Below are positions 10,201 through 18,244 of a stretch of DNA of 49,607 nt, in pieces; the stretch's first letter is position 1, and each line of letters begins with the position of its first letter. The notes under the pieces were generated by a model. That model saw nothing but the letters and a program-made list of their open reading frames with translations. It was not told the origin of the DNA and ran no database searches. The DNA lies in contig DASCPJ010000102.1 in the NCBI GenBank assembly GCA_036012445.1, positions 1-49,607 of the forward strand. Reading direction: 5' to 3'. Source of the DNA: Candidatus Nitrosopelagicus sp. (lineage in GTDB: Archaea; Thermoproteota; Nitrososphaeria; Nitrososphaerales; Nitrosopumilaceae). Made by a program: the position numbers and the translations under genes.

Positions 10201-10376
10201 CTCCCCTATTGACGTCACTGACATTATTGCAATACACTAGCATTGACTCCGAGTCTGAGATGCTTGGATATGGTATAGGCATAATCCTATTGAACATTGG
10301 AATGTATTTCGTGGCACCAGCAGTTTTGATAATGAAAATAAGAACAAGTTACAATAAAATACCCAAAAATATCTAA
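7257..10376 (+). CDS. Large surface protein: signal peptide, NHL beta-propeller, cyclophilin-type PPIase, two PsbP-like domains (tentative), CFI-box-CTERM-type tail
   Basis: NHL repeats (FSEPTDIAV...GNIYVADYGNKRIQ); FHRIIKDFMIQGGDP and SMARSSDPNSAGSQFFI; GGCLIATAAFGSEMSPQVQFLREIRD plus C-terminal TM. Confidence 0.9.
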   Translation: MNLKVLLAFAIVSALILPIAASGQVESQELDQSQSSNWDDREELKLLRVIGGPDSELFSEPTDIAVGESGNIYVADYGNKRIQILNPLGQLVQTIELKGSPHGITLDKNENIYVTEWWDFIGIEKFTKTGEPATDFQIEDQSVFGLPSDIVIDPDGILYVLEHRNLDIDYGENAGVHKIDTDGSYIEFIPIPETAITDKSKFSLMVMDHEGWLYIVDQSGDNIILLDSTNGNGRPLALIYFQTPTSIAINPDGYFFISDQRYENNKRSIHIFDEYYLPIRTIGDAGKEEGKIWGIHGLEFDKDGNMYLLDFEQNKIQVFHIAPKVFGPLFYEETEKVTPVAPSYSPSGDDLVAVLNTGSGQIVIEFFDEDAPKHVENFIALAENDWYETTLFHRIIKDFMIQGGDPNTKPEPGNTSEKWGTGDPGYSIDAEFNSIKHERGIVSMARSSDPNSAGSQFFIVHKDSTHLDEQYTVFGRLITSESYEILDKIANLQVNSRNQPYEGAMQQAVLFDVKIVSRSSIENVLTMDPPNRILGFTPDHKYIDEELNFSVTSPVGWGIIKPAKFDDNSPIYLASGPSKDGVKPQIYMNSKQLGEDGFKDFIDKRITTFHKLHDEGKLDLETENLTEFMGGHAYVVTLKQYINKDLVGNEPYQAQLKQFIFATSTTVYGITYVNLESNYPDHLDLLNEFRYSFLVEGETMQTLGGVVIGDSNFDGKYYNNEEKQFRFEVPYRWEPLTVKTGVGDDGVGYYRLSLEPNALHVNYFKDGVQARYMINIYETTDHAFTEHTTQMKNIYHGYENEGKLSLADEYMGMTADGHPVYFVEYLEPYYIAEDEYIPIHTREVTFANADFLYKITYTNHENNFTREISSYNYLLENFKFNFDGKMKSVDWGPNIIKYNPVDDRDPSERGGGCLIATAAFGSEMSPQVQFLREIRDNTVLQTESGTLFMAGFNQFYYSFSPIIADYERENPVFKEAVKLTLTPLLTSLTLLQYTSIDSESEMLGYGIGIILLNIGMYFVAPAVLIMKIRTSYNKIPKNI

Positions 10377-10383
10377 TGAGACC

Positions 10384-10710
10384 ATGAAGAAGGAGTACGT
10401 TGTAGTTCGTATAGATGCCGCACCAGATGCAGCACCATACGTGGTAGTTTCTTTGTCATCAAAGAAAGATATGCAGGAAAGTGACGGACCACTATCATCT
10501 CCATTTGGAAAGCCAAATGTTATGGGTTTTACCAACATGAATGATATGGCTAAAGAGCTAAACAAGATGATGGCAGGTGGAATGCCAGGAATGATGGGAG
10601 GTAACACAACATCACTAAAACTAGACATGATGGAGTACAAAGATCTAGGTTTGTCTGTAGGTGATAAAGTGTATTTGGAACTATCAAAGGCAGAAAATTC
10701 CGGCGTTTAA
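10384..10710 (+). CDS. Conserved-looking small hypothetical protein (possibly arcadin-1-like)
   Basis: 108-aa ORF 7 bp downstream of the previous gene; beta-strand ends and a Met/Gly-rich centre. Confidence 0.75.
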   Translation: MKKEYVVVRIDAAPDAAPYVVVSLSSKKDMQESDGPLSSPFGKPNVMGFTNMNDMAKELNKMMAGGMPGMMGGNTTSLKLDMMEYKDLGLSVGDKVYLELSKAENSGV

Positions 10711-10752
10711 ACAACTCATAATTTAATAATTTACTATATGGTTTCTACAATA

Positions 10753-10827
10753 GGGACCGTCGTCTAGATTGGCTATGATACCAGCCTGGGGTGCTGGAGG
10801 TCGCAGGTTCAAATCCTGCCGGTCCCA
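10753..10827 (+). tRNA. tRNA-Pro (GGG)
   Basis: Acceptor GGGACCG/CGGTCCC, anticodon arm CCAGC-CTGGGGT-GCTGG, T-loop TTCAAAT; CCA not encoded. Confidence 0.96.
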
Positions 10828-11586
10828 TCATAAATTTAAAACCTTTAACAAATCTAGAAAATTTTCCTTGGTTTGATCAGTTTTATACTTCCGTAAAACA
10901 GAAATGATTTTAGATTTTCTAGACGGCTTACAAAGAGGATTTACAATTTTTGAAATGCCTGAACCTATGTAAAATGCCTGAGTAGCAGATGTTACATTTG
11001 AAACCCTTCTATCAACACTTGAACTTTCAAAATCAAGAATAGTAATTTTCTTACCAACAATCACATGTTTTGTTATGTTACTTAGTTCTCCATGGTCTAA
11101 ACCAATTTTATCTAACTTGTAGCAATCCGTAAGAGTTTTTTTAATTATCTTTTTTAATTGTGCAACATTTGGCTTTTCTTTTAATTTGTTTATCCACTTT
11201 CCAATTTTTTCACCATCAAGATATTCTATCACAAGAAAATTTTTACTAAAACCTAATAATTTTGGTCCTACATTAATTTGGTTTGTTATTGTAAGAAATT
11301 CGGCTTCTTTTTTTAGATTTTTTCGTTGGGAATCAATCCGTCTTATTTTTACAGCTACTTCCTTTTTGCCTATTTTACATAAAACTACGATTCCAACATA
11401 TCCCTTACCTAACACATTGATGGTATCAATTTTCAATTCTCCTTGAAATGAAACACTTTCTACACCAAGAGATTCTAACTCTTTAATTCGAGACTTTATC
11501 TGCGCCTTTGTTCCCCTTGGATAAACCCAAATGTTTGAGTGAGGCGGTTCAGTTATCTCATTAATTTTAAGAAAAGATTGTTTCAT
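10828..11586 (-). CDS. Atypical Ser/Thr protein kinase (RIO/Bud32-like superfamily)
   Basis: LGKGYVGIV Gly loop, VAVKIRR lysine, HGELS catalytic loop, ILDFE. Confidence 0.85.
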   Translation of the reverse strand: MKQSFLKINEITEPPHSNIWVYPRGTKAQIKSRIKELESLGVESVSFQGELKIDTINVLGKGYVGIVVLCKIGKKEVAVKIRRIDSQRKNLKKEAEFLTITNQINVGPKLLGFSKNFLVIEYLDGEKIGKWINKLKEKPNVAQLKKIIKKTLTDCYKLDKIGLDHGELSNITKHVIVGKKITILDFESSSVDRRVSNVTSATQAFYIGSGISKIVNPLCKPSRKSKIISVLRKYKTDQTKENFLDLLKVLNL

Positions 11587-12895
11587 CTGTTACGGCAATG
11601 TTTCTGATTGCCTCATTAATGGATTTGTTTGATACCTTATTTGCAGGCACAACTTTTACTCCCTTTTTGAAATCCTTCTCAAGCCCCTTAGGAACGCCCG
11701 AATTTTTTAGGTTGGTTTTCAAAAGATTATTCAGGAATAATATTACATCAGAATACTTCCTTTTTTGTAATGATTGTATTTTATTTTCCTCATTAATCCA
11801 CATAAGCTCACTCCTTTTCAAATTAGCTGAAATGAATTTTTCACAATGATCTTCACTAGAAATATTTGGACCCACTCGTACAAAACTCTCTTCAATTTTT
11901 TTTGTCTGTAGTAGAAATATCAACGCGCCATTTTCCTTTTCGTCTTTTGCAGATGAATTTCTTAAAACTGTGAATCCATCAAGCTCTAATTGAGTTTTTA
12001 GTGCATTTGATGCACGTTTTATCTGTCCCCAGATGATATCATCACTTTTCTGTTTAAATTTGAATTGAACAACCACAATTTTATCAATATTCTTCATATT
12101 ACGCTTAGGTGTTGGTTCATTAAAAAATTTCTTGGAAGGTTTTTTTAGAAACTCTCTACTTGCTAAAACAAACTTTCCTAGACTTTCTACCGAAATAGCA
12201 GCACCAAGATTTCTATTACTATCAATCGGATCAATTATCACAATAGACGAACTGAATTTTTTTGCAGATTTACCTATCACATCTCCTTGCTTCAATTTCG
12301 AGATTTTCTTCAATGTTTTTTCAAAACTACCAAAGTATGAAATTAGTACCTCAGATACATACCCACTAAATCCTTCTTTTGCCAGCTCTGCACCATAAAC
12401 ATCTATGTGAAGGAAAAACTTCTTAAGAATTCTAACTTCATCTTTCATAGAGTTAGTTAGTTTTTTCGACATGAATTTTGTATGATGTATAGATCTATCT
12501 GTAGCGCTTTGCCATTCTCCTACATTTACATCATAACAAGGTACAACATTTACTTTAGTTCCGTTAACTACAGCTTCGACAAAAGGATGTTCTGCATATC
12601 TAGTATATGGTTTGTATTTCTTCAAAGATTCAAAACCAATTTTTGTTCCAATACTTCTAAAATCCTTTTCAGATGTTTTTTTATTAAATTTAACAAAAAC
12701 ATCAATGTCAGCTTTTTCTGGTAACCATGTATCCTTTGCATACGAACCACCCAGAGCAAAACCAACTATTTGATTATATTTTCCAATAGACTCATTTATC
12801 AAATCACACACTTTTTTTGCAATCTGTTGTTTTTCTTCCTGCAATCTTTGTGAAGGAACAGTTATTTTTTTTGCGTAATTTAATATGGGATTCAT
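11567..12895 (-). CDS. cca: CCA tRNA nucleotidyltransferase (class I, archaeal)
   Basis: GGSYAKDTWL...DIDVF, YAEHPFV, SATDRS and GFSGYVSE motifs. Confidence 0.95.
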   Translation of the reverse strand: MNPILNYAKKITVPSQRLQEEKQQIAKKVCDLINESIGKYNQIVGFALGGSYAKDTWLPEKADIDVFVKFNKKTSEKDFRSIGTKIGFESLKKYKPYTRYAEHPFVEAVVNGTKVNVVPCYDVNVGEWQSATDRSIHHTKFMSKKLTNSMKDEVRILKKFFLHIDVYGAELAKEGFSGYVSEVLISYFGSFEKTLKKISKLKQGDVIGKSAKKFSSSIVIIDPIDSNRNLGAAISVESLGKFVLASREFLKKPSKKFFNEPTPKRNMKNIDKIVVVQFKFKQKSDDIIWGQIKRASNALKTQLELDGFTVLRNSSAKDEKENGALIFLLQTKKIEESFVRVGPNISSEDHCEKFISANLKRSELMWINEENKIQSLQKRKYSDVILFLNNLLKTNLKNSGVPKGLEKDFKKGVKVVPANKVSNKSINEAIRNIAVTDETIFS

Positions 12896-13431
12896 TTCCT
12901 TCCTTTCACAACCAAGAGATCTGTATAAATCGGACCGTTTGGGGTGAGTTCGCTCTTCTTTAGTTTAACCTCAGAAATCATCTGTTTTCCAAAATAATAA
13001 CCTGAGAGTTTTTCTAACTCATTTGTTATGTCTCCAATTTTATTTTTAATTCTGAATATTGTAACATGTGGCTTAAATTTTTTATCTGGGCTAAATCCGA
13101 AACACGATAATTTTTTCTGTATATCAACCACTAATTCTTCTAATTCACTCACACCATCATTTATTCCAACCCAAACCACTCTTGGATTATTAGGATTAGG
13201 GAAAACTCCAACACCTGAAAAACTTATCGAAAAAGGAGTAAATTCTAAATCACAAAGATCTCTAGAAATTTTTTCAACCATCTGATCAGAAACTTCACCC
13301 AAAAACTGTACAGTGAAATGCAAATTCTGAATTTTTACTGGTTTGGCATTTATTTTTAATTCAGACTGAATCTTACTGATAGAATCTAAAACATTTTTGT
13401 CGTTTATTTCAATTGCAACAAAAATTCGCAT
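12892..13431 (-). CDS. thpR: RNA 2',3'-cyclic phosphodiesterase (2H family)
   Basis: MRIFVAI start, two HxT motifs (HFT, HVT), PRVVWVG, SELTPNGPIY. Confidence 0.93.
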   Translation of the reverse strand: MRIFVAIEINDKNVLDSISKIQSELKINAKPVKIQNLHFTVQFLGEVSDQMVEKISRDLCDLEFTPFSISFSGVGVFPNPNNPRVVWVGINDGVSELEELVVDIQKKLSCFGFSPDKKFKPHVTIFRIKNKIGDITNELEKLSGYYFGKQMISEVKLKKSELTPNGPIYTDLLVVKGRK

Positions 13432-13504
13432 TATGCTTTTTTATTATTGTGTTTTTAATTACTTTCGTAAACTTCATACGCTGGCATTGATAAATAATTT
13501 CATA

Positions 13505-14056
13505 TTGGTAAAACTCATAGTCTGTCTTACTGGCATGCCTGGTTCTGGCAAGTCAACAATCGTATCAGTATTAAAATCAAAAGGTATTGAAACCCTAAAT
13601 TTGGGTGATGGTGTTCGCGCAGAAGCAAAAAGGCGTAATTTAGAACCATCTGGTGAGAATCTTGGTAAGATAATGTTAGAGCTGCGTGAAAAAAACGGAC
13701 CTGGTGCAATAGCAAATTTACTTACCGATCAAATTCAGAATTCACAATCTAACATAATCATTATTGATGGTATTAGATCAATAGCAGAAATTGAAGTTTT
13801 AAAAAATGTTGGATCTGTAAAATTGTTATCTATAGAAGCAACAGCAGATACTCGCTTTAAATTTTTGAAGGCGCGTGGGCGTTCAGATGATCCCGAAACA
13901 AAGGAAAAATTTGCAGAACGTGATAATAGGGAGATCAGCGTGGGAATTGACAAATCCATATCAATTGCAGATGAAACCATTTCTAATAATGATCTTACAT
14001 TGGACGAACTTACTGAACTCGCACACACAGTAATCAAAAAATGGATTGATAATTGA
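13505..14056 (+). CDS. P-loop nucleotide kinase (UPF0200 / dephospho-CoA kinase-like)
   Basis: TGMPGSGKST Walker A, IDGIRS, RGRSDD; TTG start chosen at 13505. Confidence 0.85.
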   Translation: MVKLIVCLTGMPGSGKSTIVSVLKSKGIETLNLGDGVRAEAKRRNLEPSGENLGKIMLELREKNGPGAIANLLTDQIQNSQSNIIIIDGIRSIAEIEVLKNVGSVKLLSIEATADTRFKFLKARGRSDDPETKEKFAERDNREISVGIDKSISIADETISNNDLTLDELTELAHTVIKKWIDN

Positions 14057-14454
14057 CACCACTAAACGTTGATTGTAAAATATCTGCATATTGTATGATA
14101 AACATATCAGAGGATGTTAACAAAATACAAACAGCTATATCGAATGTTCTCACTGATATGGATGGAAGGGTGTCTGGAAACTCTTTCATCTCCAATTCAA
14201 ACAATTATGAATCATTAACAAAGATCTATGAAACTATACGAGGAAACAACAGTCAAAATACATACCGACGTCATCTGAGAGCTAATATTGATAAAAACTC
14301 TACCTGGTTTTATCTAAACAAACAGGCAGCTTTTGTAGATGTTATAGCCATTTGTAACGAAGCAGATGAATCACCATTAGGTCCAATAAAAATAGTGTTA
14401 CATTCTGAAAACATTGAAGATGTGATAGAATGGTTAGTTTCTGATACTGAATAA
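14053..14454 (+). CDS. UPF0201/DUF54 RNA-binding-domain protein
   Basis: SEDxxKI...FYLNKQAAF...ESPLGPI signature; 4-bp overlap with the upstream kinase. Confidence 0.85.
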   Translation: MTPLNVDCKISAYCMINISEDVNKIQTAISNVLTDMDGRVSGNSFISNSNNYESLTKIYETIRGNNSQNTYRRHLRANIDKNSTWFYLNKQAAFVDVIAICNEADESPLGPIKIVLHSENIEDVIEWLVSDTE

Positions 14455-14550
14455 TCAGAATTAATCACTGTTCACATCCTCTTCACTTGGATAGTATATT
14501 CCCATTACTAGCAAGTCCGTAACTGTTTAGTTAAACATTTTATTTTTTAT

Positions 14551-15453
14551 TCAACTAATCTTAATTTTTAATTGATCATTAGCAGCTATTACAGAACTAT
14601 GAATTGACTTTGCTTCTTCCAACAACACTTTATCATCATTATATCTAGCAGAAAAGTGAGTAAGAATCAAATTTAACACCTTAGCATTTTGTGCAAGTGT
14701 CGCTGCTTCTTTTGCAGTAGAATGACCAGACTCCACCGCCTTTTCTTTCAATTCATCTGAAAAAGTAGAATCAAAGATCAAATAATCACAGGCATTGAAA
14801 AACTCCTCCAACTCTTTTGTTGGTCGAGTATCACCGGAAACGCCAATTTTCTTACCAGATATGTTTGGTCCCATTACTTGTGAAGGTTTTATTGTTTTAT
14901 TTTCAATTGTAACTTCCTCGCCACATTGTAACGTATGCCATAACTTTCCCTTTGGAACTCCAAGGGCAATTGCCTTATCAGGATAAAATTCTCCAGGCTT
15001 TTCTTTTTCCTTGAAAAGATAAGAAAATGCAGTAACAGAATGCTCAGCTTTACAAGCATACACTTCGTATTTCTCTTCGTTTACAACCAATCCATTATTT
15101 ACTGAAGTTATTAAAACTGGAAACGACAAGCCAAAATTCATAACTTTCATGTTTGTTGCAATAAATTCCTCAATCCCATCAGGTCCGTAAATCTCTATTG
15201 GTTCAGTTCTATTTTGTAATGTCATTGTTTGTAAAAATCCTAAAATCCCAATACAATGGTCTCCATGTAAATGCGTGACAAATATTTTCATTTTTTTATT
15301 CCAACCAAGGCCTGATTTGAGGAAAGAAATTTGTGCATTTTCTCCTGCATCAAACATCATGATTTCGCCTTCCCTGATTAAACACATACATGTTGTATTA
15401 CGCTCAAGTGTAGGCTGCGCCCCTCCAGTTCCCAGAAAAATAATTTCCATCAT
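14551..15453 (-). CDS. rnz: Ribonuclease Z
   Basis: FLGTG, THLHGDH, SGDTRP, GHST and LTHFSARY motifs. Confidence 0.95.
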   Translation of the reverse strand: MMEIIFLGTGGAQPTLERNTTCMCLIREGEIMMFDAGENAQISFLKSGLGWNKKMKIFVTHLHGDHCIGILGFLQTMTLQNRTEPIEIYGPDGIEEFIATNMKVMNFGLSFPVLITSVNNGLVVNEEKYEVYACKAEHSVTAFSYLFKEKEKPGEFYPDKAIALGVPKGKLWHTLQCGEEVTIENKTIKPSQVMGPNISGKKIGVSGDTRPTKELEEFFNACDYLIFDSTFSDELKEKAVESGHSTAKEAATLAQNAKVLNLILTHFSARYNDDKVLLEEAKSIHSSVIAANDQLKIKIS

Positions 15454-16331
15454 TATTGAACAGCTTGTGCTATCACTCCAGACACGTCAACCTTTGAGAT
15501 ACTTCTAGGAATTGTATTTGTACTTATGATTTGTGTCACTCCAGCCTTTTTGATATTTTTCTCTGCATCGCCTATTAGTAATCCATGTGTGCAAACAACA
15601 AAAATTCGTTTGCATTTTTGTTTTTTTAGAAATTGAGTGGCTTTAACAACACTGCCACCAGTACTTATTATATCATCAACTATTATCAAATCCTTCCCAT
15701 TAACATCAGCCTTGGTTGATCGAATACTCACCTTACCAGTTTTTCTATTTCTGGATTTTTTCAACGTTATAGAATCAGATTTTAATATATCTGCAAATTT
15801 TTTTGCACGTAAAGAACCGCCTGTATCAGGGGATACAACTATTGGATTTTTCAATTCCAGTTTTTTTAAATATTTGGCAAGTTCTGGTATTGCTGAAACA
15901 TTTTCTGTAGGAATTTTAAAATGACGTAATGCGGTTTTGCTATGTATGTCTACAGCAATAATCTTTTTTGCGCCAGCTGCCTGTAGCATCTTTGCAACTA
16001 CAGACATTGTGACTATCTCCCCACTAAGAAACTGCCTGTCTTGTCTTGCATAACCCATGTAAGGCATTATTGCATAAATCTTTGAGGAGATTTTCTTGGC
16101 TTCAGAAATTATTGATAATATTTGTAATAGGTTTGTATCAACAGGTGGGTATGTTGATTGAACTACCAACACCACACTTTTCTTCAAATTATGTCTAAAA
16201 GTAATTTTACTCTCACCATCTGGAAAAGTTCTTGTATCTGCATCTACGTATTTTGCCTTTAATCGTCTGGCAATACGCTTGGCCAAACCTTTAGACGCAT
16301 TACCTCCAATTACAGTAAAGTTTACCAACAT
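15453..16331 (-). CDS. prs: Ribose-phosphate pyrophosphokinase
   Basis: FPDGE, PYMGYARQD, VVSPD and IVDDIISTGGS motifs. Confidence 0.95.
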   Translation of the reverse strand: MLVNFTVIGGNASKGLAKRIARRLKAKYVDADTRTFPDGESKITFRHNLKKSVVLVVQSTYPPVDTNLLQILSIISEAKKISSKIYAIMPYMGYARQDRQFLSGEIVTMSVVAKMLQAAGAKKIIAVDIHSKTALRHFKIPTENVSAIPELAKYLKKLELKNPIVVSPDTGGSLRAKKFADILKSDSITLKKSRNRKTGKVSIRSTKADVNGKDLIIVDDIISTGGSVVKATQFLKKQKCKRIFVVCTHGLLIGDAEKNIKKAGVTQIISTNTIPRSISKVDVSGVIAQAVQ

Positions 16332-16369
16332 TAGATCGAACTAAAACAGATTCTTAAATCTTACAGAAT

Positions 16370-18091
16370 CTATTCGTCACCCTCACCGCGTGCCAAATCA
16401 CCCATACCAAATTCATCAACCGCTTGCTTACGCTGATCTTCAAATTCAGAAATCTCTTGTGATTCTCTCTTTTCATCTCCCTGGTAAACTGTTCTAATTG
16501 GCCATGGAATTCTAATATCATATTTTTTAAATTCTTCATACATAATAAGACGCATAGCACTTTTCATTTGGAATTGTGCGCCATACGAATTAACATAAAC
16601 CCAAAGAGAAAAGTCAAGTGAAGAATCATTGAATTTGTTAAAACGTACAGTTGGTTGATCTACATCAACGTGAATATCTTTGTCACATCCACAACTTGGT
16701 TTATTTTGATCGAGGTAAGGACAACGTTTTTGCGCAGCAACATGACTACCTTTTGAATTTTTTACTTCAATTAGTGCACGTTTTCCTATCTTAACCAAGA
16801 TAGATGCGACCTGTTTTGGGTCATTAAGATATGAGACACCAACATCTACAACAGCTGGTACTAACTGAATTTCTTTTGTGAAATTAATTATTTCTGCAGT
16901 AACTAACTGTCTTGTAGGAATTATTGCTAATGATTCGTTAAGACCATGTCTAATGTAAGTAACTCTTGGAGTTATTCTGTGTACATAACCATTGTAACCA
17001 CTTTCTAGTTGAACTCTGTCTCCTTCAGTAAACACTTTATCTTTTCTAATTAGAATATATGCAAAATAATTTTCTAATGTTTCTTTTAATGCTAATCCAA
17101 CACCGAGCGCCATACCACCAGTAGCAGTAGCTAAAACGAAAAGATCAACACCCCACCATCCAACCACACCGATAACAGTGGCAACAAAAATACCAATAGG
17201 AAGAACTTGCTTAGCTGATTTGGGAACACGTTCTTCTTGTAATTGCTGATGGCCAGCTGGTTTTGATGCAGGAATTATTGGATCATATCCTTTTTGTCTT
17301 CTCACTTCTCTCCATACATCAACAGCGTAGATTTCTTGAGGTTTTGTACCAAGTACAAGTTTTCTTCCTGTTTCATTATTCCCACTCCTGCAATCATTAA
17401 GATACTTTTGATATTTTTTCCTCTCTGCCTCCTTCCAATCTTCAATAGGATCCTTCACCGTCTTTTCATAACTTCCTATTGTAACGCCCTTGCTTGTTCT
17501 ATAATTTTCTAAGAAATTAAGCCCCTCTTTTGTTTGCAGATTTTTTTCAAAATCTTCCATTGTCAAATCTTCTGGAGGAGTTTTTGGTGGAATCCATTTG
17601 AAAATTTTATGAAACAATCCGTCCTCATCATCCTTAAAACCCTTCATATCTTTCCATTTTTCAAAATCTTCTGCTTCGAGTTTTGTTTTTTCTGCTTTAT
17701 TCAATCCAATTGGTATTAGATGAGAAACTGTGTAGCCAATAACAAGTATGTTAATTGTGTTTAGTATCTTTGCAAATGTTTCGAGTGCTTCTACTGAGCT
17801 AGGGTTAACTGCATCTGTCTCCGTAAACTGGATGAATAAATTTATTGAAGTAACTAATCCAATTGCAAAAACAGACAGCATCGCAGTACGGGCAAACCTT
17901 GCTACATGTGGACGTGTATAACTGAATTCTTTACTGGACATCCATTTACCAAAACCTCTGTATGATGATGCGAGTATAACCAAACCGATAACCAGAACTC
18001 CCATCAGAATCTGAAGAGATGTATCTGATGCTAATAGATCCGAAACAGTCTGAAATTCCCCTGCCGAAAATTCACTAAGATCGTCAACCAT
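16370..18091 (-). CDS. MscS-family mechanosensitive channel with a large soluble insertion
   Basis: GLALKETLENYFA, GDRVQL and FNDSSLDFSL...IRIPWP MscS signatures; N-terminal TM helices. Confidence 0.9.
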   Translation of the reverse strand: MVDDLSEFSAGEFQTVSDLLASDTSLQILMGVLVIGLVILASSYRGFGKWMSSKEFSYTRPHVARFARTAMLSVFAIGLVTSINLFIQFTETDAVNPSSVEALETFAKILNTINILVIGYTVSHLIPIGLNKAEKTKLEAEDFEKWKDMKGFKDDEDGLFHKIFKWIPPKTPPEDLTMEDFEKNLQTKEGLNFLENYRTSKGVTIGSYEKTVKDPIEDWKEAERKKYQKYLNDCRSGNNETGRKLVLGTKPQEIYAVDVWREVRRQKGYDPIIPASKPAGHQQLQEERVPKSAKQVLPIGIFVATVIGVVGWWGVDLFVLATATGGMALGVGLALKETLENYFAYILIRKDKVFTEGDRVQLESGYNGYVHRITPRVTYIRHGLNESLAIIPTRQLVTAEIINFTKEIQLVPAVVDVGVSYLNDPKQVASILVKIGKRALIEVKNSKGSHVAAQKRCPYLDQNKPSCGCDKDIHVDVDQPTVRFNKFNDSSLDFSLWVYVNSYGAQFQMKSAMRLIMYEEFKKYDIRIPWPIRTVYQGDEKRESQEISEFEDQRKQAVDEFGMGDLARGEGDE

Positions 18092-18244
18092 TTCCCCTAT
18101 TCACGAATAAAATTGCCTAAATGTCAGAGTTATACTCAATCAGTCAGTAGTTATTCAAACAAATATCAAAATTTTTTATAAATATTTACGCCTATTTTGC
18201 CATTTTGAGCCAAGATTTAACAATAGTATTTGATAAAATATGTA

